A stretch of 64,000 bases of DNA from an uncultured Acidobacteriota bacterium (GTDB lineage Bacteria > Acidobacteriota > Thermoanaerobaculia > Multivoradales > DATKCC01): the NCBI GenBank assembly GCA_963837945.1, contig CAWIQD010000009.1, positions 201,700 through 265,699 on the forward strand, in the 5' to 3' direction. Positions 46,401-57,800 of this stretch are shown here, one piece after another. Position numbers and translations under genes: made by a program. The notes beneath the pieces were generated by a model, which made no database searches, was not told where the DNA came from, and was given only the letters and a program-made list of their open reading frames with translations. Position 1 is the stretch's first letter. Every line of letters begins with the position of its first letter.

Positions 46401-48833
46401 ATGAAGAACCTGGCGAGCGACCTCGTTCTGGGCCTGCGCAACCTGGTCCGGGCCCCGGGCCTCGGCGCCACGATCGTGCTCACCGTGGGTCTCGGCCTCG
46501 GCGCCACGACGGCGATGTTCGCCGTCGTCCACGCCGTGCTGGTCTCGCCCCTCCCCTACCCCGATCCGGACCGCCTGGTGCGCATCTACACCGACTCGCC
46601 CCCGCACCGCTTCCAGCTCTCGGTCGCCGACTACCTGGCGCTCGACGAGCAGCAGACGAGCTTCTCCGAGGTGGCGGGCTACACCTGGAGCAACATGGCC
46701 TTCCATCGCGGCGAGGTGGCCGAGCGGGTGAGCGGCAAGCTCGTCTCCGGCCGCTACTTCACGCTGCTCGGCATCCACCCGGCCCAGGGGCGGGCGCTCG
46801 GGCCGGCGGACGACGTGCCGGGCGGGCGATCGGTGGTGGTCGTGAGCCACGGCTTCGCCTCGCGCTACCTGGGCGGCGCCGCGGCCGCGCTCGGGCAGAA
46901 CGTGCGCCTGAACGGGCAGGACGCCGAGGTGGTCGGCGTGCTGCCCGCCGAGGTCGGCCCCCTCGAGCAGCACGTGGACGTCTTCGCGCCGGCGCGCTGG
47001 CAGACGCCTCCGCGCAAGGGCCCCTTCTTCATCACCGCGCTCGGCCGGCGGCGCCCCGGGGTGAGCGCCGCTGCGGCCGACGACGAGCTGGCGGCGATCG
47101 ACCGCCGCATCTTCCCGATCTGGCAGTCCTCCTACCAGGACCAGCGCGCTTCCTGGGCCACCGCCAGCCTCCGGGACTTCGTCGTCCGGGACGCCGGCAC
47201 CACACTCGAGCTGGTGCTCGCCGCCGTCGCCCTGGTCCTCCTCATCGCCTCGACCAACGCCGTCAACCTGCTGGTGGCGCGGACGGCGCGGCGGCAGCGG
47301 GAGCTCGCGGTGCGCGGCGCCCTCGGGGCGTCGTGGTGGCGCCTGCTGCAGCACCTCCTGGTCGAGAGCTCGCTCCTGGCCGCCGGCGCGGCCGTCGTCG
47401 GGCTCGGCCTGGCGGCGGGCGCCGCCCGGCTCCTGGTCACGGTGGGCGCCCGGTACATCCCCCGGGCGGCGGAGATCTCGCTCGACGGCCCGGTGCTGGC
47501 GTTCCTGGCGTTCGCCGCCCTCGCGAGCGGCCTCCTCTTCGGGCTCGTCCCGGCGCTCGCCGGCGCCCGCTCGCGCCTCGACCGCTCCCTCGCGTCGGGC
47601 GGTCGCTCCGCCACCGGAGCTCCCGGCGCCCGGCGCCTTCGCCGCGCCCTGGTCGCGGGCCAGTTCGCCGTCGCCACCCCCTTGTTGATTGCCTCCGGGC
47701 TGCTCTTGACCAGCCTCGTGAAGCTCCAGCGGGTCGACCCCGGCTTCGATCCCGACAACCTCTGGACGGCGGCCTTGATGCTGCCGGCCGAGAGCTACCC
47801 CGAAGCGGCCGACGTCCGGACGTTCTGGGAGCGGGCGAAGCGCGAGGTGGAGGCGCTCCCCGGAGTCGACGGCGTCGCCTTCGCGGACGGCAGGCCGCCG
47901 CGCGGGGTCGACAACTACGACAACTTCGACCTCGAGGACCACCCCACGCCGCCGGACGAGCCCCAGCCGTCGGTCCCCTGGGTGTCGGTGACGCCGGAGT
48001 ACTTCCGGCTCCTGGGCATCCCGCGGCTCGCCGGCCGGAGCTTCGACGAGCGGGACGGGGCCGAGGACGCTCCCGAGACCGTGGTGGTCGACCGCGCCTG
48101 GGCCGATCGCTTCTTCCCCGGCCAGAAGGTCCTGGGCCGGCGCTTCCACGAGGGGGGCAGCCCGACCTGGACCACCGTGGTCGGCGTGGTCGGCGAGGTG
48201 AAGTACAGCGGCCTCGAGCGCCCCGACCCGGGCACCGTCTACTGGCCGATGGCCGAGCGTCCGCTCGACCATCCGATCGAGCGGATCACGTCGCGCTTCG
48301 CCTACCTCGTGGTCCGGACCTCGGTCGATCCCCCGAGCGTGGCGCCGGCGATCCGCGGGGTCCTGCGGAGACTCGACCCGGAGCTGCCCATCACGGAGGT
48401 CGCCACCATGAACGAGCTCCTGGCTGGCTCCCTCGAGCAGCCTCGTCTGCTCTCGATTCTGGTGGCGGCCTTCGCCGTGGCGGCCCTGATGCTGTCGGTG
48501 ATCGGCATCCACGGCGTCTTGGCCTACTTCGTCCAGCAGCAGTCGCGCGAGATCGGCATCCGGATCGCCCTCGGCGGCCGGCCGGCGAGCGTGCGGCGCC
48601 GGGTGGTGGGCCAGGGGATGGGAATGGCGGCCGCCGGCCTGGCCGTGGGGATCGCCGCCGCGCTGGCGCTCACCCGGTATCTCTCGAGCCTGCTCTTCGA
48701 GATCCGGGCCACCGATCCGCCGACCTTTGCGGCCGTGGCGGCGGCGATGCTCGCCGTCGCCTTTGTCGCCTGCCTGGCCCCGGCCCGCCAGGCCGCCGCC
48801 GTCGACCCGGTCACGGCGCTGCGCGCGGAGTGA
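46401..48833 (+). CDS. ADOP-type duplicated ABC (MacB/FtsX) orphan permease
   Basis: LPYPDPDRLV, RQRELAVRGALGA, VDPGFDP, REIGIRIALG, VDPVTALRAE. Confidence 0.93.
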   Translation: MKNLASDLVLGLRNLVRAPGLGATIVLTVGLGLGATTAMFAVVHAVLVSPLPYPDPDRLVRIYTDSPPHRFQLSVADYLALDEQQTSFSEVAGYTWSNMAFHRGEVAERVSGKLVSGRYFTLLGIHPAQGRALGPADDVPGGRSVVVVSHGFASRYLGGAAAALGQNVRLNGQDAEVVGVLPAEVGPLEQHVDVFAPARWQTPPRKGPFFITALGRRRPGVSAAAADDELAAIDRRIFPIWQSSYQDQRASWATASLRDFVVRDAGTTLELVLAAVALVLLIASTNAVNLLVARTARRQRELAVRGALGASWWRLLQHLLVESSLLAAGAAVVGLGLAAGAARLLVTVGARYIPRAAEISLDGPVLAFLAFAALASGLLFGLVPALAGARSRLDRSLASGGRSATGAPGARRLRRALVAGQFAVATPLLIASGLLLTSLVKLQRVDPGFDPDNLWTAALMLPAESYPEAADVRTFWERAKREVEALPGVDGVAFADGRPPRGVDNYDNFDLEDHPTPPDEPQPSVPWVSVTPEYFRLLGIPRLAGRSFDERDGAEDAPETVVVDRAWADRFFPGQKVLGRRFHEGGSPTWTTVVGVVGEVKYSGLERPDPGTVYWPMAERPLDHPIERITSRFAYLVVRTSVDPPSVAPAIRGVLRRLDPELPITEVATMNELLAGSLEQPRLLSILVAAFAVAALMLSVIGIHGVLAYFVQQQSREIGIRIALGGRPASVRRRVVGQGMGMAAAGLAVGIAAALALTRYLSSLLFEIRATDPPTFAAVAAAMLAVAFVACLAPARQAAAVDPVTALRAE

Positions 48834-48851
48834 GGGAGGCCGCCGCCCGCC

Positions 48852-50581
48852 TCACGCCAGGAGCTTGCGCTCGAGGTACTTCTCCGTGCCCTCCTCGAAC
48901 CAGGGGCCGGTCCAGGAATCGTCGGGGGCGAGGTAGGGGCTCCACCTGGGCTTCTCGCCCACCTGCTGCGCGGCGTAGCGGCTCGCGACGTCGCGGAAGT
49001 AGAAGTGGGCGAAGAGGCGCATGAACTCCCCGATGTACATGTCGGCGAGCTCCGTGTCGCCGCGCACGACGACCATGTTCTCGTCGTTGTCGGTGGTCGA
49101 GGCGGCGCTGAAGTTGGCCGACCCGGAGACGACGATCGGATCGTCGGACAGGGCGTCGAGGAGCATGTACTTCGTGTGCAGGTACTTGACGTGGAAGTTC
49201 AGGCCGGTGAGCTTCTCTTCGAGCCAGCGGTGGAGCTCGCCGCCGACCGCCTCGTCGTCAGGCGGCCTTCCGGCCGGCGAGGATCGCCCCCTTGGCGATC
49301 CGGTTGTTGCGGACCGCTTCGATCTCCTGGAAGGTCTGGAACTGGCTCTTGGGCGGCGGCTCGCCGGGCTTGGCCTTGGGGACCGTGCGGTTGCCCTCGC
49401 TCTCGACCAGGATGAAGCGCAGGAAGGGCCGCTCCTCGAGCAGCCGGGGCGCGAGCGTCGACGAGATGCCGAAAGCGGCGGTGAAGCCGACGAACTGGCC
49501 GGCCGCGCCCATCCGCTCGGCGTACCACTCGAGGGCGCCGAGCCCGGTCCGCGGGCTGAACAACGGGGTGATCCCCGGCGCCGGCAGCCCGGCGGGATCG
49601 GGCGTCGCCGCGACGTTGGCCGGGCGGATCTCCTTGAACTCGGGATCGCCGGAGAGCCGGGTCCAGTAGTCGAGGTACTGCCGGGCGACCACAGGGTCCC
49701 GAAGGACGAAGCCGACGTTCGACTGGCCGAAGATGCCGCCCTCGGTGAAGTTCGTCGAGCCGGTCCAGACCGCGCGCGGCTCGCCGTCCTCGACGAGGAC
49801 GATGAACTTGTTGTGGGAGATGGCGCTGTTGGTCTTGCCGCGGGATCATCAGAGCGCCGATTCCGGCCGCCTCGACCGCCTTCTCGGTCTCCTCGAACGG
49901 CCCCCGCTTGCGCCGGTCGTAGACGATCTCGACGTCGGCGCCGGCTGCCGCCGCCTGGCGGAACGCCTCGAGCACCGGCGGCCAGCTGAACTCGTAGACC
50001 GACGCCCGGAGGGCGAAGCGCGGGCCGCTCGCCTGGCCGATGAAGGCGAGGATCGCCTCCTCGAGCCCGCGCGAGAGCCAGCGGTAGGCGGCCTGCTGCT
50101 TCGCCGGATCGCCGGCGAGGTCGGCCGGCGACAGGTTGCCGAACTTGCGGGCGTAGGCCTGGCTGCCCGCCACGCCGCGGTTGAAGTAGACCGCGTGGCC
50201 GCCCTGCACGGGGTCGGAGGTCGCGACCTCGATCGCCACCTCCGGACCCATCTTCAGGTTGGCCGGGCTGCCGTAGAGGGGATGGACGGTGTAGGTGTAG
50301 CGGTGGTTCGGCTTGGCGGTGTAGTCGCCCCAGTTGAAGGCCTGGACCGGGTGCTCCATGGTGCTCACGAGGCTCCCCGGCGGCGGGTTGGGTTCGGTCG
50401 CCTCGAAGGTGCGGAAGCCCTTCAGCCAGTACGCCTCGTCCTCGGTGTGGTCCCGCCGGTGGATGGCGAAGCCGAGGAGGCCCTTGCGCTTGGCCGCCGT
50501 GACGTCGAAACCCAAGAGGACGACGAACGGTCCGGCGATCGCCTGGACCGAGATGCCGGAATGCTTCTCCCGTTCTCGCAT
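48852..50581 (-). CDS. phospholipase D-like domain protein, two +1 frameshifts (~49838, ~49268)
   Basis: YFNRGVAGSQAY, HNKF...TGSTNF, HTKYMLLD...SGSANFS...NDENM reconstructed across three frames. Confidence 0.85.
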
Positions 50582-50767
50582 GACGCCCTCCTGGCCGTGG
50601 TGATGTAGAGCTCGCTGTATCGTATCACCGAAACACATGGCCGGCGGCCGCCGTGGAGCAGGCTCCAAGGAGCCCCGCTCCCGGTGCCCCGCCGGAGACT
50701 TTGGCCGCGCTCGCCGGACGCTACTTCCCGCGACTCGCAAACCGGCGGTCGTGATATGCTGTCCGAT

Positions 50768-51058
50768 ATGAAGACCATATCGATCGCCGTATCGGAGTCC
50801 GACTACGAGGTGTTTCGGCGAGCGGCCCGGCAACGGGAGCGGCCGATCGCGCAACTGATCCGAGACGCCATGCGCCGCTTCCGCGAGACGGAGCTCGAGC
50901 CGCGCTCGCCGCTCCGGGAGATTCCGGTCCTGGCCGGGCATCGGCCGCTCGGCGAGCTGCCCTCGCGCAGCGAGCTCTATGACGAGATGTTCGCCGAGCC
51001 CTCCGGGTCCGCCGGGCGCCAGGCCCTGGTCGCCGAGGACGAAGGAGAGGGCTGGTGA
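50768..51058 (+). CDS. ribbon-helix-helix antitoxin (VapB/CopG-like)
   Basis: MKTISIAV..YEVFRRAARQRERPIAQLIRDAM; overlaps the PIN gene. Confidence 0.75.
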   Translation: MKTISIAVSESDYEVFRRAARQRERPIAQLIRDAMRRFRETELEPRSPLREIPVLAGHRPLGELPSRSELYDEMFAEPSGSAGRQALVAEDEGEGW

Positions 51059-51492
51059 AGATCGGCCTCGACACGAACGTCCTGCTCCAGGCGCACCTCC
51101 CCGTCCTGGACCGGCACGAGGTCGCCCGCCGCTACCTGATGAAGCATCTCGCGCTCCCGGACGTGACGTTCGTCGTGACGCCGCTCGTCCTCCACGAGCT
51201 GGTGCACGTGCTCACCGACCGCCGCCGGTTCGATCCGCCGGTCGGCATGAGCGAGGCGATCTCCGTCGCCCGCGGCTATCTCGGGCGCTCGAACGTCGAG
51301 TGCCTCGCCGCCGACGAAGCCTCCATCCTCCTCGCCCTGGATCTCCTGGCCCAGCACAGGCTGGGCCGCAAGCGAATCGCGGACACCCTGTTCGCCGCCA
51401 CCCTCCTCGCCCACGGCGTGCATCGCCTGGTCACCTTCAACGTCTCCGATTTCCAGGTCTTCGAGGGCCTCACGAGCACCGAGCCGAGGTAG
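51055..51492 (+). CDS. vapC: PIN domain toxin
   Basis: LDTNVL, E, IADT..AAT, TFNVSDF. Confidence 0.9.
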   Translation: MKIGLDTNVLLQAHLPVLDRHEVARRYLMKHLALPDVTFVVTPLVLHELVHVLTDRRRFDPPVGMSEAISVARGYLGRSNVECLAADEASILLALDLLAQHRLGRKRIADTLFAATLLAHGVHRLVTFNVSDFQVFEGLTSTEPR

Positions 51493-51585
51493 GCGTGCCG
51501 GAGGCGCACGGCCGGGTCCGCCGATGGCGTCGACGTGGCGAACCCCGCTCCGGAGCGATCCCGGCCGGTCCCGACCGCAAGGATC

Positions 51586-52200
51586 TCATCCGGCTGGAGG
51601 CGGTGGGTTCTCCCCGTCCGTCTGTGCGCCGCCGGCCTCGCGGGAGCCGCGCGCGCGCCGCCAGCGGACGACGCCCCAGATCGCGAGGCCCAGGACCGCG
51701 ATTCCCGCCGCCCCCAGGATCTCGTAGTGCGCGGCCCGGCCGAGGAGGCGCTCCACCGAGACCCCGAAGACGTAGCCAAACGCCGCGATCGCCGTCGCCC
51801 AGACCGCCGCTCCCGGGAGGTCGAGGAGCAGGAAGAGCATCGGTCGCACGCCGCTCAGGCCGATGGCGAAGGGCGTCACGATCCGGATGCCGTAGACGTA
51901 GCGGAAGCCGAGGATGAGCGCGATGCGGTGGCGGTGGAGCAGGTCGAGCGTGCGCTCGAGCTTCGCCTGCCAGCGGGGTCGGGCCGCGAGGAGCTTCGCC
52001 CCCTGGATGCGGCCGACGTGGAAGGCGATCTGGTCGGCCGAGAAGGTGCCGAGGAAGGCGAAGGCGACCACCCAGCCGAAGTCGAGGTAGCCGCGGCTGG
52101 CGAAGAACCCGCCGATCGCGAGGATCGTCTCGCCCTCGAGAAAGGTCCCGACGAAGACCGCCAGGTAGCCGTAGGTCGAGACGATCGCTTCGAGGTTCAT
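51586..52200 (-). CDS. DedA family membrane protein
   Basis: YGYLAVFVGTFLEGET, FRYVYGIR. Confidence 0.93.
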   Translation of the reverse strand: MNLEAIVSTYGYLAVFVGTFLEGETILAIGGFFASRGYLDFGWVVAFAFLGTFSADQIAFHVGRIQGAKLLAARPRWQAKLERTLDLLHRHRIALILGFRYVYGIRIVTPFAIGLSGVRPMLFLLLDLPGAAVWATAIAAFGYVFGVSVERLLGRAAHYEILGAAGIAVLGLAIWGVVRWRRARGSREAGGAQTDGENPPPPAG

Positions 52201-53651
52201 CGGGCCGCGGCGGCCACCTCCGCCACCAGCTCGGCGAGGGCCGCCTCCGGATCGCCGCTCTCGCCCTTCAAGGCGAGCTCGGTCTGGAGCACCCGCCAGG
52301 GCAGGCGCGCGAGGTAGGCCTCGGGCATCCCCGAGGCGGCGAGGTAGGCCCGGTGAAGGCGGAAGGGATGGAGGCCGGCGAGCGGATTCTTCCGCCCGTC
52401 GAGGTCGCGCTGGAGGGCCGGCGCGAGGCGCTCCTTGAACCGCGGATAGCTCCGCTCGCCGAAGCGGACACCGGCCGTGCGCACCATCCCGGAGACCGCC
52501 GTCAGGTTGCGGCAGAAGCCGGCGAACAGGCCGAAGAACGAGAGCCGCGCGCCGATCGGATCGGCGGCCGACGCCAGGTAGCGGCGCAGGCGCTCCGCCG
52601 CCTCCCCCCCGCGGCCGGCGCCCACCGCGTCGAGGATCTTGAAGACGTCCTCCTCGCCGCGGTCCTCGACCGCCTCGGCCACCAGCGCGGCGTCGATCCG
52701 GGTGCGCCCCAGCCCCTGGGAGAGGTTCGCGAGCTTGCGGTACTCGGCGGCGAAGCGGGCGGTCGAGTCCGAGGCCACGCCGGTCTGCCCGAAGCCCGGC
52801 TGCTGGCGCAGGGTGCGCCGGGCGAGCTCCTCGAGCCCGTCGCGCGCGATCGCGACGCCGGTCTCGCGCCCGAGCTCGGCGGCGAGGCCGTCGAGACCGG
52901 TCCAGCCGTCCCGGCTCGCTTCGACCGTCGCCAGGCGGAGCACCGCCCGGCGCTCCTCGAGCGTCGCGACCACCGGGTGGTCCGCGGCCACCGAGCTCTC
53001 GGCGAGGACCAGGACGTGGCCCTCGGGCAGCCCGTCGCGGACCGCCGCCGCGAGCTCCGAGGCCTCGTCCTCGCCCATGCCCTCGAGACCCGCCGCGCGC
53101 GCCGCGGCGAGCAGCGGCACCAAATCCTCGCGCAGCGTCGCGACCTGCTTCTTGCCCCGTGCACGGGCGCGTCCGCCCGCGCCCTTGGCGCCCTGGAACG
53201 CCCACTCCGGCAGCCGGTCGAGCACCGCCGCCGGGTCGCCCCGGTAGGGATCGAGGTCGAACAGGCGAAGGGCCTGGAGCAGGCGGATGGCGGCGCGGCG
53301 TTCGGCCGGCGAGAGGTCGTCGCCGCCCGAGAGCGGGAGCGCCTCGGCGGCGGCGTCGACGAAGGCCGCCGCGGCTCCGCGATCGGCGAACACGGCGGTC
53401 TCGACCGCCAGCACGACCTTGGCGGAGGAGAAGAGGGCGAAGGTCCGGAGGTCCCCCAGGATGGGGGTGAGCCGCGGAGGATGGCGGTGGGTCTCGACCT
53501 GGCAGCCGGCGCGCTCGGCCAGGGCGGCGGCCAGGCGCAGGCCGGCAGGCTCCGCCAGCACGCGGTCGCCGGCGATCAGGAAGACGGGGCCGCCGGAGCC
53601 CGCGACCGCCCGCTCCACGAGGTCATCGAGGCTCTGGCGGGGGGCGGCCAT
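52197..53651 (-). CDS. holA: DNA polymerase III delta subunit-like protein (enlarged)
   Basis: PVFLIAGD, TFALFS..KVV, AEYRKLA, EDVFKILDAV, HPFRL, ELALKG pattern. Confidence 0.6.
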   Translation of the reverse strand: MAAPRQSLDDLVERAVAGSGGPVFLIAGDRVLAEPAGLRLAAALAERAGCQVETHRHPPRLTPILGDLRTFALFSSAKVVLAVETAVFADRGAAAAFVDAAAEALPLSGGDDLSPAERRAAIRLLQALRLFDLDPYRGDPAAVLDRLPEWAFQGAKGAGGRARARGKKQVATLREDLVPLLAAARAAGLEGMGEDEASELAAAVRDGLPEGHVLVLAESSVAADHPVVATLEERRAVLRLATVEASRDGWTGLDGLAAELGRETGVAIARDGLEELARRTLRQQPGFGQTGVASDSTARFAAEYRKLANLSQGLGRTRIDAALVAEAVEDRGEEDVFKILDAVGAGRGGEAAERLRRYLASAADPIGARLSFFGLFAGFCRNLTAVSGMVRTAGVRFGERSYPRFKERLAPALQRDLDGRKNPLAGLHPFRLHRAYLAASGMPEAYLARLPWRVLQTELALKGESGDPEAALAELVAEVAAAAR

Positions 53652-53700
53652 CGAAAGGCGGGCTCTCTAGGTGCGCCAAGTTCGTGAGCATGTGGGCCGG

Positions 53701-53757
53701 GCGGGGCGCCTCTCCTCCCCTGGAGGGTGAGGAGAGGGTCGGGGTGAGGTGGGGTGG
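53701..53757. repeat. palindromic repeat family B variant (intergenic twin of 469-520)
   Basis: CCTCTCCTCCCC..GGGTGAGGAGAGGGTCGGGG. Confidence 0.8.
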
Positions 53758-53774
53758 TCTGAGGCGAAGCCTCG

Positions 53775-54185
53775 TCAACTCTCTTCTTCGGGCTCGAGCA
53801 AGCCCTTTTCGATCTTGTCCTGGACGTCGACCGTGTAGCGCGCCCAGGGCACGGCGTGGAGGCGCGGGAAGGCGATCGGCTCGCCCGAGAACTGGCAGAA
53901 GCCGTAGGTCCCCTCCTCGATGCGCTGCAGGGCCGCGTCGATCATCAGCAGGTGGCGGCGCTCGCCGTCGGAGAGCGCGAAGTTGAACTCACGGTTCCAG
54001 GCGGCGTTGGCCTGGTCCACGAGATCCTCGGTGCCGTAGTCGACGGACTCCTGCCCCGCCTTCAGGTCCTGCTGGTACATGTCGATGATCCGCTGCTTCT
54101 CCTCGAGGAGGCGTCCGCGGAGAGTTTCGATCTGCTCCGGCTCCAGGATGTCTGCCGTCGTGCGCCCGTTACCGTTGCTTCCCAC
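53775..54185 (-). CDS. DksA/TraR family transcription factor (single-Cys type)
   Basis: DLVDQA, ALQRIEEGTYGFCQFSGEPI..RL.AVPWARYT. Confidence 0.88.
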   Translation of the reverse strand: MGSNGNGRTTADILEPEQIETLRGRLLEEKQRIIDMYQQDLKAGQESVDYGTEDLVDQANAAWNREFNFALSDGERRHLLMIDAALQRIEEGTYGFCQFSGEPIAFPRLHAVPWARYTVDVQDKIEKGLLEPEEES

Positions 54186-54232
54186 GGTGTGTCTCCTTTT
54201 CTAAAGATGACGCGCAAACTTTGACCCGGGCG

Positions 54233-54709
54233 TCAAAGTGGTTGCCGATGGTACTTGATTCCGGCGTGGATGGAAAGAACCCGGTAGAGCTGCTCGTAGA
54301 CCATCAATCGCGCGAGCTCGTGCGGGTAGGTCATGCGGCCGAGCGACAGGCGCAGGCGCGCCTTGGCGAGCACCTCCGGAGCCAGCCCGAGGTCCGACCC
54401 GACGAGGAAGGCGACCGGGTGCGGCCAGTCCCTCCGCAGCCGCCCGAGGCGACCCGCGAGCTCCTCGGACGAGAGGGCCTGGCCGCGCCGGTCGAGGGCC
54501 ACGACCCAGCACGGCTCGGGCAGCGCCGCGAGCAGGGCCTCGCCCTCCGCCGCCAGCCGCTCGGCGCCCTCGCCCGTCGCCCGCGTCCGGACCGCGAGCT
54601 CGCGCACCGGCATCCAGTGCCCGATGCGCTCGCGGTAGTCGGCCGCCAGGCGCTCCCAGGCGTCGCGCCGGTGGCGGCCGGCCCAGGCGATGAGGTATTC
54701 ACGAGCCAT
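54233..54709 (-). CDS. rlmH: 23S rRNA (pseudouridine1915-N3)-methyltransferase
   Basis: ALDRRG..SSEE, FLVGSDLG, SLGRMTYPHELAR..YEQLYR...YH. Confidence 0.93.
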   Translation of the reverse strand: MAREYLIAWAGRHRRDAWERLAADYRERIGHWMPVRELAVRTRATGEGAERLAAEGEALLAALPEPCWVVALDRRGQALSSEELAGRLGRLRRDWPHPVAFLVGSDLGLAPEVLAKARLRLSLGRMTYPHELARLMVYEQLYRVLSIHAGIKYHRQPL

Positions 54710-54839
54710 GATCCCTCCGCGCCCGCTCCGGGCGCGGCCCGATAGTCTATCCGGCCCGCGGGCCCGCCTGCGGGTACAATAGGCGGCCCGGCGGGCCCCC
54801 GCCCGGCTCGAATCCCGATTCATCCGCTCCGGATCTTCC

Positions 54840-57800
54840 ATGACCGAGACCCGATTCCCCGACGTCCCGACCGGCTACCCGTTCCCGCGCCTCGAGGAGG
54901 AGGTCCTCGAACGCTGGCGCGCGCTCCGGATCTTCGCCAAGTCGCTCGAGCGGCCCGCCCCGCGCGGCGACTTCGTCCTCTACGAGGGCCCGCCCACCGC
55001 AAACAACGTGCCCCACGTGGGCCACGTGCCGGCGCGGGTGGCCAAGGACCTCTTCCCCCGCTTCCGCACGATGCGCGGCTACCACGTGGCGCGCAAGGCC
55101 GGCTGGGACACTCACGGCCTGCCGGTCGAGATCGAGGTCGAGAAGCGCCTGGGCTTCTCCGGCAAGCAGCAGATCGAGGAGTACGGCATCGCCGAGTTCA
55201 ACCGGGCGTGTCTCGAGAGCGTCCGCACCTACGAGCGCGAGTGGCGGGCGATGACCGAGCGCATCGCCTACTGGACCGACCTCGACCACGCCTACTACAC
55301 CTTCTCGAACGAGTACATCGAGTCGGTCTGGTGGGCGCTCTCGGAGCTCTGGAAGCGCGGCCTGCTCGCCCAGGGCTACAAGATCCAGCCCTACTGCGCC
55401 CGCTGCGGCACGACCCTCTCTTCGCACGAGGTGGCGCAGAACTACAAGGAGACCGAGGACCCGTCGGTCTGGGTACTCTTCCCGGTCGAGCCGGGCCAAG
55501 CCCTCGAGCCGATCGCGGGCGGCGCCTGGCACACCCCCGGCCGCCTCGAGCTCGTGGCCTGGACGACCACGCCCTGGACGCTCCTCGCCCACGTGGCGCT
55601 CGCCGTCCACCCGGAGCAGGTCTACCGGGTGATCGCGCACCCCGAGGACCCGGAGCGCTTCCTCCTCTTCGGCGACGAGCTCGCCCAGCCGGTGCCGCTC
55701 GACGTCGAGGTCGACGGCAAGCGACAGCGCCTCGATCTGCGCGAGCGGCCGGCGCTCGCCCGGGTGCGGGGCGCCGATCTCGAGGGCCTGCGCTACGGCC
55801 GCCCCTACCGCACTTCGATCGAGGGCTGGCGCCGGCGGTGCGAGGCGGCCGGCACGCCCTACGACGGCCCCGACGACGAAACCGGCTTCCGGGTGGTCCT
55901 CGGCGGCTACGTGACCGCCGACGAGGGCACCGGCCTGGTCCACACCGCGCCGCGCTTCGGCGAGGACGACTACCAGACCGGCCTCGCCTACGGCCTGCCG
56001 ATGCTCGAGACGATCGACAGCGAGGGGCACGTGATCGGCCTCCCCGGCATCGAGGCCTTCGCCGGCCGTCACTTCAAGGCGGCCGACCCGGAGATCATCC
56101 GCGACCTGAAGGAGCGCGGCCTGCTGCTCCACACCGAGCGCTACCGCCACAACTACCCGTTCTGCTGGCGCTGCGACCAGCCGCTGCTCTACTACGCGAC
56201 CGAGAGCTGGTTCGTGACGACGACGGCGAAGAAGGAGCGCCTGATCGAGCTCAACCGGCAGATCGCCTGGCACCCGGAGCACGTCGGCGAGGGGCGGTTC
56301 GGCAACTGGCTCGAGAACATGGTCGACTGGGCGCTCTCGCGCCGCCGGTACTGGGGCACGCCGCTGCCGGTCTGGCAGTGCGACGCCTGCGAGGCGACCG
56401 CCGTGCCCGGCTCCTACGCCGAGCTCTTCCGGCTCGCCGGCCGCGACCTTCCCGAGGATCCCTACGACCCCGAGGTCTTCAACCCGCACCGGCCGGCGAT
56501 CGACGAGATCACCTGGCCCTGCGCCGAGTGCACCGGCACGATGCGCCGGGTCGAGGAGGTGATCGACGCCTGGTTCGACTCGGGCTCGATGCCCTACGCC
56601 CAGCACCACTACCCGTTCGAGAACCGGCGAGACTTCGAGCGCCAGTTCCCGGCCGACCTGATCACCGAGGGGGTCGACCAGACGCGCGGCTGGTTCTACA
56701 CCCTCCACGCCCTGGGCGGCCTGCTCTTCGACTCGGTCGCCTACCGGAACTGCATCGTCCTCGGCCACATCAACGACGAGCAGGGGCGCAAGATGTCGAA
56801 GCGCCTGGGCAACGTGCTCGCCCCGGGCGAGGTGATCGCCGAGACCGGGGCGGACGCCCTGCGCTGGTACCTGTGCATCTCGAACCCGGAGCTGACGTCG
56901 CGCTTTTCTGCCCGGCTGGTCCGCGAGTCGGCCCAGAACTACCTGCTGCCGCTCTGGAACGCGCTCTCCTTCTTCACCATCTACGCCAACCTCGACGGCT
57001 GGCGGCCGGGGGCGGCGCCCGAGATCCCGTTCGCCGGCCGGCCGGCGCTCGACCGCTGGATCCTGCTCCGCCTCGATCGGGTCGCCGAAGCGGTGACCGA
57101 GGGCCTCGACGCCTACCGGATCGTCGAGCCGGCGCGCACGCTCGAGGCCTTCGTCGACGACCTGACCAACTGGTACGTCCGCCGCAGCCGGGGCCGGTTC
57201 TGGGCGAGCGCCGGCGGCGGCGGGGAGACCGCGGGCGCCGCCAGCGCCGCGGCCTCCGACAGCGCCGCGGCCTCCGACAAGGAAAGCGCCTACCAGACCC
57301 TCTACGAGGTGCTCACCACCTTCGCCCGGCTGACCGCGCCCTTCACCCCGTTCGTGGCCGACGAGCTCCACGGGCGCCTGGTGAGGAGCCCGGCGGCCGG
57401 GGCCGCCGGCGCCGAACCGGTCGCCGAGAGCGTCCATCTCGAGGACTGGCCGCTGCTCGAGGGCTCGGCGGCGCCGACTCGCGCCGAGCCCGAGCTCGAG
57501 CGGGCGATGGGCGCGGTGCAGCGGATCGTCCGGCTCGGCCACGCGGCCAGGAACACCCACGGCTTGAAGACCCGGCAGCCCCTCGCGTCGGTCACCCTGG
57601 TGAGCTCCGACGCCGGCCTGCCGGCCCTGATCGAGCCCTACGCCGAGCTGGTGCGCGACGAGCTCAACGTCGCCCGGATCGCCTGGGCGGCGGACCGCTC
57701 AGCCTACGTCCACCACGAGGTCAAGCCGGTCTACCCGAAGACCGGGCCCCGGTTCGGCAAGCGGATGAAGGAGGTGGCGGCGGCCCTCGCCGCGGCCGAC

